This document shows, in pieces, positions 25,001 through 32,000 of a DNA stretch of 32,000 nucleotides. Origin of the DNA: Candidatus Altimarinota bacterium (GTDB lineage: Bacteria; Patescibacteriota; Gracilibacteria; UBA1369); assembly GCA_041659405.1 (NCBI GenBank), contig JBAZYK010000001.1:90001-122000 (forward strand), given 5' to 3'. Positions within the stretch are counted from its first letter, which is position 1; the number at the start of each line of letters is the position of its first letter. The translations under genes were made by a program, and so were the position numbers. Below the pieces are notes generated by a model. It worked only from the letters and a program-made list of their open reading frames with translations. It searched no databases and was not told where the DNA came from.

Positions 25001-28000
25001 TGGACGCACCTCCTCCTCCGGCAGATCCTTTAGGCATTGGGTCGCCTACTCCAAGCATGTTTGAGCTAAAAGATGATGACGGTATTCCGATTGTTTTAAA
25101 GGATTATCAGGACAAGCAAAATGGCGCGCCAAATGTAGATCAGACAATTTCCGATGAAGATTCGGACGGTTTGTCCAACTCCTGGGATGATTTTAATCAG
25201 GGGCTAAATGATCTTGATGCGGGCATTAGCAATGCCGCAGATGGCATTCAGGGCGCGATTGCCATGTTTACCTGTGGTGGTGGTTGTATTCCAATGCCTG
25301 TGAATTTTGCTTTTTTGGCTACCGGAAGTATTAACGTAATGGGTCTTCCGCTTGGCTTTGATCCCGGCTTGCCGGTTTTTGGCTGGGGCGCCCCATACCC
25401 GCCATTTCTTTGGCCGGGTAGCCCTTATCAGACAACACTTGGTGGAAGAATTTATCTTTCCCCAACTGCAACAATGAGCCTTGGAGTCGGTGTTTGTATT
25501 GGGCCATATCCGGTGGGCCTGTGTTGGGCCATTTCAGTCCCTCCGGTACTTTTGGGAATGGCAGGAATGTGTGAAGCGATTTCCGGCGGAATTGGAAAAG
25601 CTTTTGCCGGGGTCAATAACGCAATCCAATCGGTGAATAATTTGACCATAAGTTCAGATGGCACGCCACCGGACGCGGATAGCTCCGGCAGGTCCGAAAC
25701 AGGCGGGGTTAAGGGCAGCGCGACTTTGGGGAATTATCAATACAAAGCCAGTGTTGGAACCAATTTCCGTATACCCGGATTCCCTGCATTTATTACCAAA
25801 TGGATCAGCGATCAAACTTCTGAAATCATTAATAAATTGACCGATTTACCGGACTTTTATTTCTTATATCCGGACCCAACTTCCATCATTGGAATGGTTG
25901 TTCCAACCGATGAAGGTCAACAAAGTGGCAATTCCAAACGCACAAAATCTTTTACTTTCCCATCTTTCTCGGCTGATCCGTTTAAAGATAAAAGCGGTTT
26001 GGTGAAAGTGGCAAACACTTTTAATCCAAATAAAATTCTGGCTTTCATGAACAGTTTGCCGCTGATTCAGATTGAAGCTAAAGAAGTTACAATTAAGATT
26101 CCGGCCCTTTCAGATAAGGAAATCGAGAAATTCAAAGCTGACGCGCAACAATGGGTTGAAGATGAACGCAATGAAGTTAACAGAGTTTTAGCCTTGTGGG
26201 GATGCGGTAAAAAGCACCTTGATGCAAGCTGGAATCTGGTTACCGAAGACGGTGATTATGTGTCACCTTACCAAACCATGTGTGACAAATTGCTCTTAAA
26301 TATGACAGATTTGAAGGGAGCAATCGAAAAAAATATTGCCGTAATTGAGGCATATAAGGAATTGCCACGTCAAATTTTGGCCTGGAGAAATATTTACAAG
26401 AAATACCTTACTCAAATTATTTGTTATATTGACGCGATAATTCAATTCACCGGCGGTTATATTAAAAAACAACAGAGTCGCATAATGCTCTGGATTAAAA
26501 TGATCAAGGAAGTTAAAGAGCTGATTGAAACATGGAAAGCCATTCTTGATTTAATTATTAATTATCAGGCTACGTGTGACCGCTGCAGTAACGCGCGCTT
26601 TACGCTGGTGGAACTTATTTTGCGTCTGTTTGCCATAATTCCGGCGCCACCCGTGATCCCTTTTCCAAAGTGGCCGGATATTTATCTGGATTTGTCGCAG
26701 GTTAAAACCGGCTTAAAGATTTTATGGCCCGATGTGAAATTTATTCCCGAACGGTTGATCCTGCCAAAAATTCCTAGGTTAATTTTGCCGGATTTACCGA
26801 CATTGACGCTTAATTTGCCGGAGATTCCGGTTATCCCGGGTCCACCAAAAATCAATCTTGATTTGCCGGATTTACCACCGTTGCCACTTCCTTCTTTGCC
26901 GGATATTCCACCTCCACCAAAGGTGCCCGGTATACCGGCACAGGTTAAAATCGTGATCAATATCATTAAAACCATTCTTAGGATATGGTGCATGATTAAA
27001 AAAGGACTCCTGCCGGTACCTGAATTGATGCTTAAGGGGCATATCGAACAAATGACAGAGCGTTCGCTTTCTCCGCTGCTGCCAATTGATTTGGGAATCA
27101 AACTGCAGTTCCCGCCAATTAAATACGAATCACTGGATCGTATTGAAATTATTGGTAAAACAAATTTCCAACTTGAGTTTGGATTCATTTATGACTTTGT
27201 GAATAACCTTGCCGAAAAATGGAATTCGCTTGCGACCGACCTGGTTAATCTGCTTAATAAAAAAGTCCAGGATGCCGCCAAGGCTGCCCAATCCGCCGCT
27301 GATGCCGCCAACAAAGCTGCTAAAGAAGCCGTGCCGGGTGGAAATATTGATGTAGGCCCGGGTGGCGTAAACAAGAGCAGCAGCTTGATGCAGTTAATCG
27401 GTTCCATAGAACATAATTATGTCGCGGATAGCGGCACAATGAGTGATATTGCCGAAATTAAGGCGATGGCGCAGGAGCTTGGCGATACAGGCACTTCTGC
27501 CGATGTTAATGCCCTTTCTGTTCCGGTTGAAAATATGACAAATGCAGATTTGGATAGCATTTTGAAACAGCTTGAGCAAAATGATCCATATCTTGGATCG
27601 GCGCTTAAAGAATTAAAGATCGCCTCAAAAGATTTGGAAAAAACCGCTAAAGATGCCGCTGAAAATAATAAGGAAATCGAAAAAGATATTCATCTAACAG
27701 CAACCGAAACTTATTTGTCTAAAGATGATCCGCTTTTAAACCGCTCACTTTCCGACGTGAAATCGGGTATTGCGCTACAAGATCTGCCAACTCTTGATGT
27801 CCAAAATAAAATGGTGGCAATGCGTGATGCATTTATTAGTTATTCCGATGATCAAACATCTGCCAACGATCAAATTAACCAAATGCAGGATCTGGAAAGC
27901 ATTGGCCGATTCTTGGCTCAAGCTAAGCCACTTCAAGACTACCTCAAACAGGATGTAAATGGTGAAAACCGCGGGGTGGCTGCAATTGGCAGTGACAGCG

Positions 28001-31000
28001 CGACTTCATCCTTTACCACAAGTTTAAATCCAAGTTCCAATTCGTCAAAAGGATTCAATGCAATCAATGACCAGCTTTCAATGGCCGAGTCTTTCGGTTC
28101 ATTTGCCGAAGATGCCCGCAAAAAATTCACGGAAGGCACTCGTTATTTGGCTGCTGTAAGCGGCCCACCGGATACTGCCGGCAATTTTACTCCGCAGGTT
28201 ATTCCTAAAGGACTTTATATTTATAATCCGGTTGATCAGATCAACGAGCGTTTAATTAAATATACCGCTGAAGTTGATCAACCGGCGCAAATGGCTTTTA
28301 TTGATGCGAATGCCGACTCCGATGAAGACTTCTTTTACGCTTATGGCAGCAATATTTACATGAAAGAAAATTATAAGATTCCGGATGTTCCAACATTTTA
28401 TGCCGGGGATCCAAAAGAATATCAGTTGAGCGATATATTGCCGGCTGCTCCGGAAGTTAATAATTTTGAAACGGTTTTAAATAATAATAAAAATATTGAA
28501 CTTACGTGGAATATGGCAACCTATAGCGATGTTTCCGGATACGAAATTGCTTACGGCTTAACACCGGATACTTTTGCGGGGGCTGCAGATGAACCTTCAA
28601 ATCTGCCGGTTCATAAAATTGGTGCGCTGATTGATTCTGCAATTTTGCCTAACAATGAAGATCAGGTTATTAAGGCAATAATCAAGAAAGGAACTTATCA
28701 AATAAATGGGGTGCCACCTGCCGCAGACGGCCTTGTTACCGCTGATCAGCCACTGCAAACCGATGACGGCAGTGAGGTTGAATTGAATTACAGCGCCAGC
28801 GCAAAAGTTACGGTGCCGGGTAATGTTATGTTTAGGCCGCCAACAATTTCAGGTCCGCAAATGGTCGCGGCCAACGTGCAGGGTGATGTGTTTTTCAGCG
28901 GACCGCAGCGCACTATTTTACTTTCCGGTTCCAATAAATTCCAGATTCCCGCTAATGCTTCCATCCACGCAATGACGGCAACAGCTTTGAATTTTTATGT
29001 TAAAGATCAGCTAACTGCGACTATGCTATTGCCGCTAAACGCCGTGTTCCAAGTTTCAAAAAATTATACGGATCCAATTTCCATTCAGGTTCAAAATGGT
29101 GGAATAGAAGTTGTTAATCCGGATAAAATCGTTCCTCATCAACGAATAATTAACGGTTTGATAATGGATTACGATCTGCCAATTACGTCCGAGAATGGCG
29201 GCACGGCCAATGTTCTGTTTGCGAATGGTTCTTATATGCGGGTTGATGTTAATGAAGATCTAACTTTTAAAAAACTAAATGCCACCGATACGCCGGACCT
29301 TAAACTCGAGCTGCCAAATGGCTTCTATTACGCACGTATTCGTTCTTTTGATCACCTGGGTTCACTTGGCACAGTTTCCAGTTTGAATCTTTTGGCTCCG
29401 ACAATTTGTGCCGATAAATCAGATCCATTCCCAAATGGTGGTGAAAGTGAGCGAACAGTTTCAATCTTTAAGACTTTAAAAATTGACTCTTCCAAGTCTT
29501 TTGCGCCGGACGGGAAAATTATTTTGTATTATCTTGATACCGATTTAACCAAAGACAGTGACAACAACGGTGACCTTACAGATGATAAAAATATGGGTCA
29601 CGACTTGGATACCCATGCCGATTCCGATGGCGATGGCATAACCAATAATGACCTTGATGCCGCGGTTTTTGAACTTGGACCATATACCGATCTTAAAGAC
29701 CGTGAAGTGATGTTGAATGTTGTGGATGAAGGCTTAAATCGCGCTCAGCAAAAAATCACTATTCATGTGGTTGTGCCGAATATCAAACTTGACCCGGAAA
29801 CCGCTACACAGGGCAAGATCCAGGGAAGTATCAACATGCCGGAAAACAATATTCCAATTGCCTTTGTGCGTGATCGTGGCGGTGTTTTGACGCCAATTCA
29901 AACTAAATCAGCCAATAGTAATGGAAAATATTTCACAGATGATAATGGAAAATTTGTGGTGAATGATTTGAATTTGAAAGACACGATTGTAATTAAGAAC
30001 AGTCAGGGACAAATTATTGGCGAAGTTGATCCAAATACCGGAAAAGTTATTTTGAAGGATAACCGCTATCATTTGGAAGTTTTGCCTGCAGAAAGGCCTC
30101 TTTTGCCAACTCGTATTGTTACCAAAGAAACAGCCACCGGCCTAATTATCAATACGATGCTGCTGATTCCGGATGCGAATACAGATACCACAATCGATAA
30201 ACCGGATCTGGTTTATAACTCCACCGGTGTTGGCATATTCAATGGTGTTCATGCCAAAGATGGAAATACTTTTGATGAGTTTGAATATAATAAAATTCCT
30301 TCCGATGATGCCAATTATCCGGGTGGAATTGAAATCACAGAAACAACAACCAAAAAACGGGCCGCGATTTTGGATACCGGTGGAAATTTCTATGTGCTGG
30401 ATAGCCGCTTAAGCCTGCGCTTAAAAGACACTACTTCTTTGGAAGATCCGCTGGTGATTGAAATTGTTTTGAATAAAGATTCCGCAAGTACGGTTATCGG
30501 CGAGTTCTATGTTGCCGTACACAGCACTAAGGGTTTGCAAATGCTGCCAAAGGCCAAGTTCCAATCTTATGTGGACCAGGCCAATAGCCGTGGACCTTTG
30601 TATGACAGCGACAATGACGGCATGCCGGATCAATGGGAACTTATTTATGGCTTAAGTCCAAAAGATCCTACCGATGCCGGCAAAGATAACGACAACGATG
30701 GTCTGACCAATCTGGAAGAATATCGCGCAAGCACTTCTCCACTTAATCCGGATACAAACGGTGATGGCATTTCTGATGGTGATGAATTGAAATATGGCCG
30801 TGCTCCTGGCAAAAAACTGGTTCTGCCTTACAGCGATATTGCGCAAAATCATCCTTACTATGAAAGTATTTTCAAGTTGTGGATTCGTCGCATTTTTGAA
30901 GGAATTCCGGGCTGGGGAAAGCAGTTGTTTGAACCTGATTCTTATCTTACACGTGCCGAATATGCGGACTTAATGTTGAAGATTTTCTGTATTATTCCGC

Positions 31001-31959
31001 GTAAGGAAGCCTATGACGGCCCTTCACCTTTTAATGATGTACCGTATGTAAAAGGCCAATTGCCATGGTATTACGCCATTATCAAAGAAGCTTTTTTCCA
31101 GGGTTTTGTTACAGGTTATCTTAAAGATGCTAAACAAATTCCTTACAAACCAAATGGCACTATTTCACGCGCGGAAGCGGTTAAAGTGATTTTGGAAGCT
31201 CTACAAAAACAGGGAGTGATTGAGATGGGCCAGATTCCGGCATTACCCGCTGGAACGCCTTATTATGCGCCTTACATGCAAATTGCCCAGGATTTGACGC
31301 CTTATTTAAAGAAGGCCGGATCTGTTAAAAAGCCATTTATTGTTACTGCGGATGAAGCAGCGCGGCCGGAAGATCCATTAACAAGAGCCGGATTTTTGGC
31401 TATGGCTGACCGCGTTTTGACAACTTCGGATTGTTCGGTACTTGATGATGATCACGATGGCATGCCAAGTCACTGGGAACTATTAAATGGCTTGAACCCA
31501 CACAATGCCAGCGATGCGGCAAAAGATCCGGACCGTGATAACCTAACCAATTTGGAAGAATATAAACACGGAACCGACCCGCATAATCCGGATACGGATG
31601 CTGGTGGCGTTAATGATGGCGATGAGGTCAAGAAAAATGGCACATTCCCGCTTGATCCGGCTGATGATCATTCGCAGCCACTGATTTCCGCGCCTGCCAA
31701 TTTGCCTGATCCACGCAGTGATTTGACCGAAGGGGTCTACATTATTCAGGATCCATGCGCAACTTGTCCTTGTCCTTCGGCAATCGACCACACCGCCGAT
31801 CTGATTGTTGGTGATAAAGTTTTTGGTTTGATTTCCAATAATGACAAACTCAAGCCAATAATTTACAGCAAGAGCAACGAAGTTGAAATTACCGAAATCC
31901 CGCAGCCGGATGCCGCGGCAACGTCACATGTGATTATTGAAAAAGTCGTTCAACAATAA
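16009..31959 (+). CDS. Giant multidomain surface protein (5316 aa): signal peptide, Ig-like, TSP3-like Ca-binding, SLH, FG-GAP/VCBS, DUF11-like and FN3-like parts, plus a hydrophobic Gly/Pro/Cys-rich core
   Basis: A 15,951-nt frame with no stop in AT-rich DNA; every ORF on the other five frames is at most 168 aa. N-terminal signal-like segment IAGLILFFLNVQILEVPLSKA. TSP3-type repeats (DSDNDGLNDLQE, DTDNGGVDD, DSDGDGMPNSFE..., DTDGGGVNDGDE). SLH motifs (FKDLTPAHEAFNDILKLYKRGIISGYADGTFKPERLLSREEFVKL; FNDVPYVKGQLPWYYAIIKEAFFQGFVTGY...ISRAEAVKVILEAL). FG-GAP motifs (DYNSDGNKDLVVAYQDGKMRLLQN, GDFNKDNQPDIVVA, GDMNSDGYADLVTSDDAGVIRVFYNRGG). DUF11-like LARGDEVAYTITLKNSGNNDLQNVMVSDVVP. Confidence 0.85.
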   Translation: MSEYKNIQRVIAGLILFFLNVQILEVPLSKAAQDWAAQGQANAASAQGALSTIPSAKAVDPNQNPATLPHLGIIAILVDDDLMNNKQNYAGLTAQYAKDLNTQLLSDRVHRYAIDAQSSQPNTKSLIIKTSPTSKVEDIANSLEKLYLEGDGSKGKITNLVGVVTIGDVPLPVVNKNGYRFVSMMPYTDFEDKVYIFDAASSDYLPNPNLKFAKEEVWQGVIKPPLKGEEGNNLLASYFDKNHLYHAGNADYSVFDKKLLFADLYNEFKSMNKLQFNSYLRYLAHWADFAYLRFNKHLADQFLQEVTGKLKEQGVPTSTKDAQATAAKQQAELNQAGIPSDGLLTPPCDKDCEDAKSKNPKLPKGDNNVQAAPSSTNSMPDIQTRTLILNFVSKYVQLFDKFLSTINDWANYTGRYKAAYEDGNGNTLSDIHSIPALISIKDQNTSEYFKQVNDSIESAIDQRAQELQNSMLMIQNVHLSGQVLLSGQPKPQDLLPWDFVNFSEHTFGNFKTLSVNGVPAFAMQSTADCSIYRGSNNNGTNSVMTKSIKIYNPKSASQSENFADDIVNFGGCLGNNYSHPERCFPEAAIVPVFDLVGSKEVDPATVPESATNYRACYDFKEKNNFAKYIDQVGTYLKLFKLLKDDPTAQDSLDPILKTFGSSHLPTSQIFIFISPNVFITLADVLKKLNIPADDWGQIGEGFLANLKQNQYVLNNPFPGVDSLTINLTAEAAVDNLKNAPIILPTISYHKEPTADVHNKPYTSINEQLQAGGFTESLPSDNPRYVAFQDKQGYFQKIYYPDAFSAKSYNDYLKSLQDTENKILDLYGKFDVNLAQKNEHFLTKLLGEQDQQNAKDKSIFDIIGAAKLTDAFSWKDLNIDQKHNYVFTEYLGAKADPYVEKMKSGYEAMYFVSRGSTDTFQTQFNGDYPEDDKDLSLDSALHPANTPETSPSDAGYAKAKEEGEGIFIFEWFKEIVKWVKETTNKLSATIQLEPVCGVNDGKDPETGGAGVGQGPVSQTANTSRLMISANKNVLKTGSGDTLTLTVVGVDNKNIIQAADSQTMVDLTISKSNGQDVVTIASTHPMQLSGGRTTFMLQATDVIGNVTVNAFVQGKKITSNTVPISSTKGSIRLLSYVRTTGVVYAEKVASGFIIKDANGNVIAEVDGKTGMVTIKDDRYQLLAQPSEGAKPVRLSVQQKTGDLIVASVFFAVDGKQPILIDGPDVDYLKSFADLAGVHLKDLSNKDDYSAQKSSNSFNKNGIYLYEKNGNNQNKFGIIDTLGNVYLAAGFGFQMKSPAQGADPVIFQILGKDNKALFEIYLGIQNPTVQILKPEGDYAAYNTLNKSQSDFNEILLQGAFKLPTGSESQNSDLWNKGATAGVIPDSDNDGLNDLQELLIGTNPKNADTNGDLIKDGDEINKNLSPFIKDTALFKDLTPAHEAFNDILKLYKRGIISGYADGTFKPERLLSREEFVKLDLGAICIYCTKLSETVKKSIDAVYNQSPFPDKNFTPNLLYCVKEAKNRSIVSGYKGGNQAGYYLPTNSISRAEASKIILETARQQGNSKIAVDPSIPDGKPWYYNYVLTTQKEHFYPNGRFKELDTLAPAEFKTWFDAQLQQAASGQSNAFVTWISGGITRAEFSIMVSRLINKTDCFADDQDHEGLSDNLEKYVYGSSPTNPDTDNGGVDDFTEVVNQMNPLDKKDDNDSDGDGMPNSFEVKYGLNPFDPTDTNKDKDFDGLTNLEEYQYGTDPSNPDTDGGGVNDGDEVLQKINPLDAKDDFKNAGAKNGSYIVGDNIFDNYVFDQQTPPANTSSINFEDQVPADGKSKLFLRAEVLNDNGDIDTAQNGTVKIYRKTDSGNFAKISPDQVKLQKGVAESEITASTHAGEYVVNAELNGKKLPVDDKSIFVTPLDPAKIEIKVESASIKSGGLSNTIAYVYLEDVNGNIVNNGTNQLTFTVDGPGLITTGDEDPQQDGIQLSSVSGEFEVMIASQKDPGQITLKATYQAPIDELVSPELAAGTQAVTHIYSRDDLHLTLIPANGSIPSDYSTVTSLQASVLDKNNQVVKNFNGVAQFALLDPQLGKLVSGSSQAVKNGQAQNAFQASNKAGDANISVTINGFDPANAIVKTAPKEAKKIVLEAASDTIESNPSSIMEVIGKLYDTDNNLVTNNSTTQVTIRLTDATKPYGLFDNQAVQAKNGIVKFALRGTGKTGPINIIASAKGLLDGGLQLQSVNNFKADDLKNINPQVLFAAVLGSAFGDTFKDNYLGGWFLFSGKTQSVLSLMSDPKPHLGLVQVDYSGRIKALSSDRLESKIIPGNAVNQPTRVIYTDTLTSQNIAEVFAIAKPQTAAKVLAAQAPVANLAEGIYLQNLSDTQDYSVAQAGDSVSLVNKGNEAVKIFNNGAVKIFDNNFALKYDPAANDAYFILQIYDGGVAAAQIIYAYGFSGDVQKLPFEFAYSNQANYQPGVYVHMLDSGKQFELLPSFSGNSTALPQGALITDTSEEMANTQAPGLSYSSIETAADNPGVGFQGDNKFMLLFSAGNSVGEANVPYASEIGVVLGDPTVRLNNKINVSKTGFTQDIGQEIYFGNAVIQEMQPIDYNSDGNKDLVVAYQDGKMRLLQNTNSYPRFTDKGVLLNFPNGIISFTVGDFNKDNQPDIVVASQDSCRKGEICIDEYVNNNGNFVRNHLKLQGFTDKNRINMIRSGDMNSDGYADLVTSDDAGVIRVFYNRGGSFDKGQFIGSLGVHIAQNDNLKTEVLVAYDGMPKVDPKDSNSELNFRELPVQLPRSGLSAADQQAYDEALNSGSDAATITSSPLTDQTQTQFLFADVDPALFASEKRAKDLTPPLDTLARGDEVAYTITLKNSGNNDLQNVMVSDVVPTSMEIEKDTITCNDCGKETMRIGETGESLRPYIFSGFSIPKKGERTITYKSKVKTTPRVKIYLGQNLDAAYPQDNFMDIGAAPDGNNTGRMTYFYSISQNQVSQEMNYGTYVSPPPDPKLDAPPPPADPLGIGSPTPSMFELKDDDGIPIVLKDYQDKQNGAPNVDQTISDEDSDGLSNSWDDFNQGLNDLDAGISNAADGIQGAIAMFTCGGGCIPMPVNFAFLATGSINVMGLPLGFDPGLPVFGWGAPYPPFLWPGSPYQTTLGGRIYLSPTATMSLGVGVCIGPYPVGLCWAISVPPVLLGMAGMCEAISGGIGKAFAGVNNAIQSVNNLTISSDGTPPDADSSGRSETGGVKGSATLGNYQYKASVGTNFRIPGFPAFITKWISDQTSEIINKLTDLPDFYFLYPDPTSIIGMVVPTDEGQQSGNSKRTKSFTFPSFSADPFKDKSGLVKVANTFNPNKILAFMNSLPLIQIEAKEVTIKIPALSDKEIEKFKADAQQWVEDERNEVNRVLALWGCGKKHLDASWNLVTEDGDYVSPYQTMCDKLLLNMTDLKGAIEKNIAVIEAYKELPRQILAWRNIYKKYLTQIICYIDAIIQFTGGYIKKQQSRIMLWIKMIKEVKELIETWKAILDLIINYQATCDRCSNARFTLVELILRLFAIIPAPPVIPFPKWPDIYLDLSQVKTGLKILWPDVKFIPERLILPKIPRLILPDLPTLTLNLPEIPVIPGPPKINLDLPDLPPLPLPSLPDIPPPPKVPGIPAQVKIVINIIKTILRIWCMIKKGLLPVPELMLKGHIEQMTERSLSPLLPIDLGIKLQFPPIKYESLDRIEIIGKTNFQLEFGFIYDFVNNLAEKWNSLATDLVNLLNKKVQDAAKAAQSAADAANKAAKEAVPGGNIDVGPGGVNKSSSLMQLIGSIEHNYVADSGTMSDIAEIKAMAQELGDTGTSADVNALSVPVENMTNADLDSILKQLEQNDPYLGSALKELKIASKDLEKTAKDAAENNKEIEKDIHLTATETYLSKDDPLLNRSLSDVKSGIALQDLPTLDVQNKMVAMRDAFISYSDDQTSANDQINQMQDLESIGRFLAQAKPLQDYLKQDVNGENRGVAAIGSDSATSSFTTSLNPSSNSSKGFNAINDQLSMAESFGSFAEDARKKFTEGTRYLAAVSGPPDTAGNFTPQVIPKGLYIYNPVDQINERLIKYTAEVDQPAQMAFIDANADSDEDFFYAYGSNIYMKENYKIPDVPTFYAGDPKEYQLSDILPAAPEVNNFETVLNNNKNIELTWNMATYSDVSGYEIAYGLTPDTFAGAADEPSNLPVHKIGALIDSAILPNNEDQVIKAIIKKGTYQINGVPPAADGLVTADQPLQTDDGSEVELNYSASAKVTVPGNVMFRPPTISGPQMVAANVQGDVFFSGPQRTILLSGSNKFQIPANASIHAMTATALNFYVKDQLTATMLLPLNAVFQVSKNYTDPISIQVQNGGIEVVNPDKIVPHQRIINGLIMDYDLPITSENGGTANVLFANGSYMRVDVNEDLTFKKLNATDTPDLKLELPNGFYYARIRSFDHLGSLGTVSSLNLLAPTICADKSDPFPNGGESERTVSIFKTLKIDSSKSFAPDGKIILYYLDTDLTKDSDNNGDLTDDKNMGHDLDTHADSDGDGITNNDLDAAVFELGPYTDLKDREVMLNVVDEGLNRAQQKITIHVVVPNIKLDPETATQGKIQGSINMPENNIPIAFVRDRGGVLTPIQTKSANSNGKYFTDDNGKFVVNDLNLKDTIVIKNSQGQIIGEVDPNTGKVILKDNRYHLEVLPAERPLLPTRIVTKETATGLIINTMLLIPDANTDTTIDKPDLVYNSTGVGIFNGVHAKDGNTFDEFEYNKIPSDDANYPGGIEITETTTKKRAAILDTGGNFYVLDSRLSLRLKDTTSLEDPLVIEIVLNKDSASTVIGEFYVAVHSTKGLQMLPKAKFQSYVDQANSRGPLYDSDNDGMPDQWELIYGLSPKDPTDAGKDNDNDGLTNLEEYRASTSPLNPDTNGDGISDGDELKYGRAPGKKLVLPYSDIAQNHPYYESIFKLWIRRIFEGIPGWGKQLFEPDSYLTRAEYADLMLKIFCIIPRKEAYDGPSPFNDVPYVKGQLPWYYAIIKEAFFQGFVTGYLKDAKQIPYKPNGTISRAEAVKVILEALQKQGVIEMGQIPALPAGTPYYAPYMQIAQDLTPYLKKAGSVKKPFIVTADEAARPEDPLTRAGFLAMADRVLTTSDCSVLDDDHDGMPSHWELLNGLNPHNASDAAKDPDRDNLTNLEEYKHGTDPHNPDTDAGGVNDGDEVKKNGTFPLDPADDHSQPLISAPANLPDPRSDLTEGVYIIQDPCATCPCPSAIDHTADLIVGDKVFGLISNNDKLKPIIYSKSNEVEITEIPQPDAAATSHVIIEKVVQQ

Positions 31960-32000
31960 CTATTTATGTCAACGTGGTGTTGTCCTCTGTATGCCCTTTT

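Noticed and set aside
16937-31791. Roughly 25 short ORFs (60-168 aa) on other frames within the giant gene, including 26682..27188 (-) at 168 aa
   Set aside because: All are nested in the 15.95 kb frame and none shows recognisable motifs. The longest coincides with the proline-ladder region, whose complement (GGN-rich) lacks stops.
31966-32000. Possible start of a further gene (ATGTCAACGTGGTGTTGTCC...) 7 nt after the giant ORF
   Set aside because: Only 35 nt are visible, which is not enough evidence to call a CDS.
1-32000. Alternative genetic code (for example UGA recoding), as seen in some uncultivated lineages
   Set aside because: Long coherent ORFs are obtained with the standard bacterial code. 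TGA terminates PIN gene 1 at a position matching its paralogs' ends. Nothing requires recoding.

Overview
Bacterial chromosomal window, moderately AT-rich by eye, read with standard stop codons and almost no Shine-Dalgarno motifs. It is dominated by cell-envelope genes. Left to right: (1) the 3' end of a PilB/GspE-type ATPase and a PilC/GspF platform gene. (2) Three paralogous surface-protein genes (547, 1050 and 956 aa). They share an N-terminal membrane anchor and a Cys-containing C-terminal triple SLH-like module, but have different Ig-like middles and different low-complexity linkers. (3) An AbrB/PIN toxin-antitoxin pair between paralogs 2 and 3, bracketed by direct repeats. (4) A type IV pilin gene. 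(5) A tandem array of three ~1 kb cassettes. Each carries a VapC-like PIN gene plus an overlapping downstream 41-48 aa basic ORF with a conserved C-terminus, set in a mosaic of near-identical non-coding modules with CCCCGGGG-core palindromes. (6) A minus-strand coiled-coil gene built from 57-bp tandem repeats. (7) One uninterrupted 15.95 kb ORF (5316 aa) encoding a giant multidomain surface protein with Ig-like, TSP3-like, SLH, FG-GAP and DUF11-like parts, a hydrophobic Gly/Pro/Cys core and a duplicated ~650-aa super-module. I recognised no rRNA, tRNA, CRISPR array, transposase or integrase. The most unusual items are the PIN cassette array with its toxin-first small ORFs and strand-asymmetric hairpins, the pilus-linked SLH paralog family, and the giant ORF. 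The lineage cannot be determined from the window. The gene content resembles uncultivated small-genome bacteria, which is inference only. All domain calls come from motif reading, not database searches.
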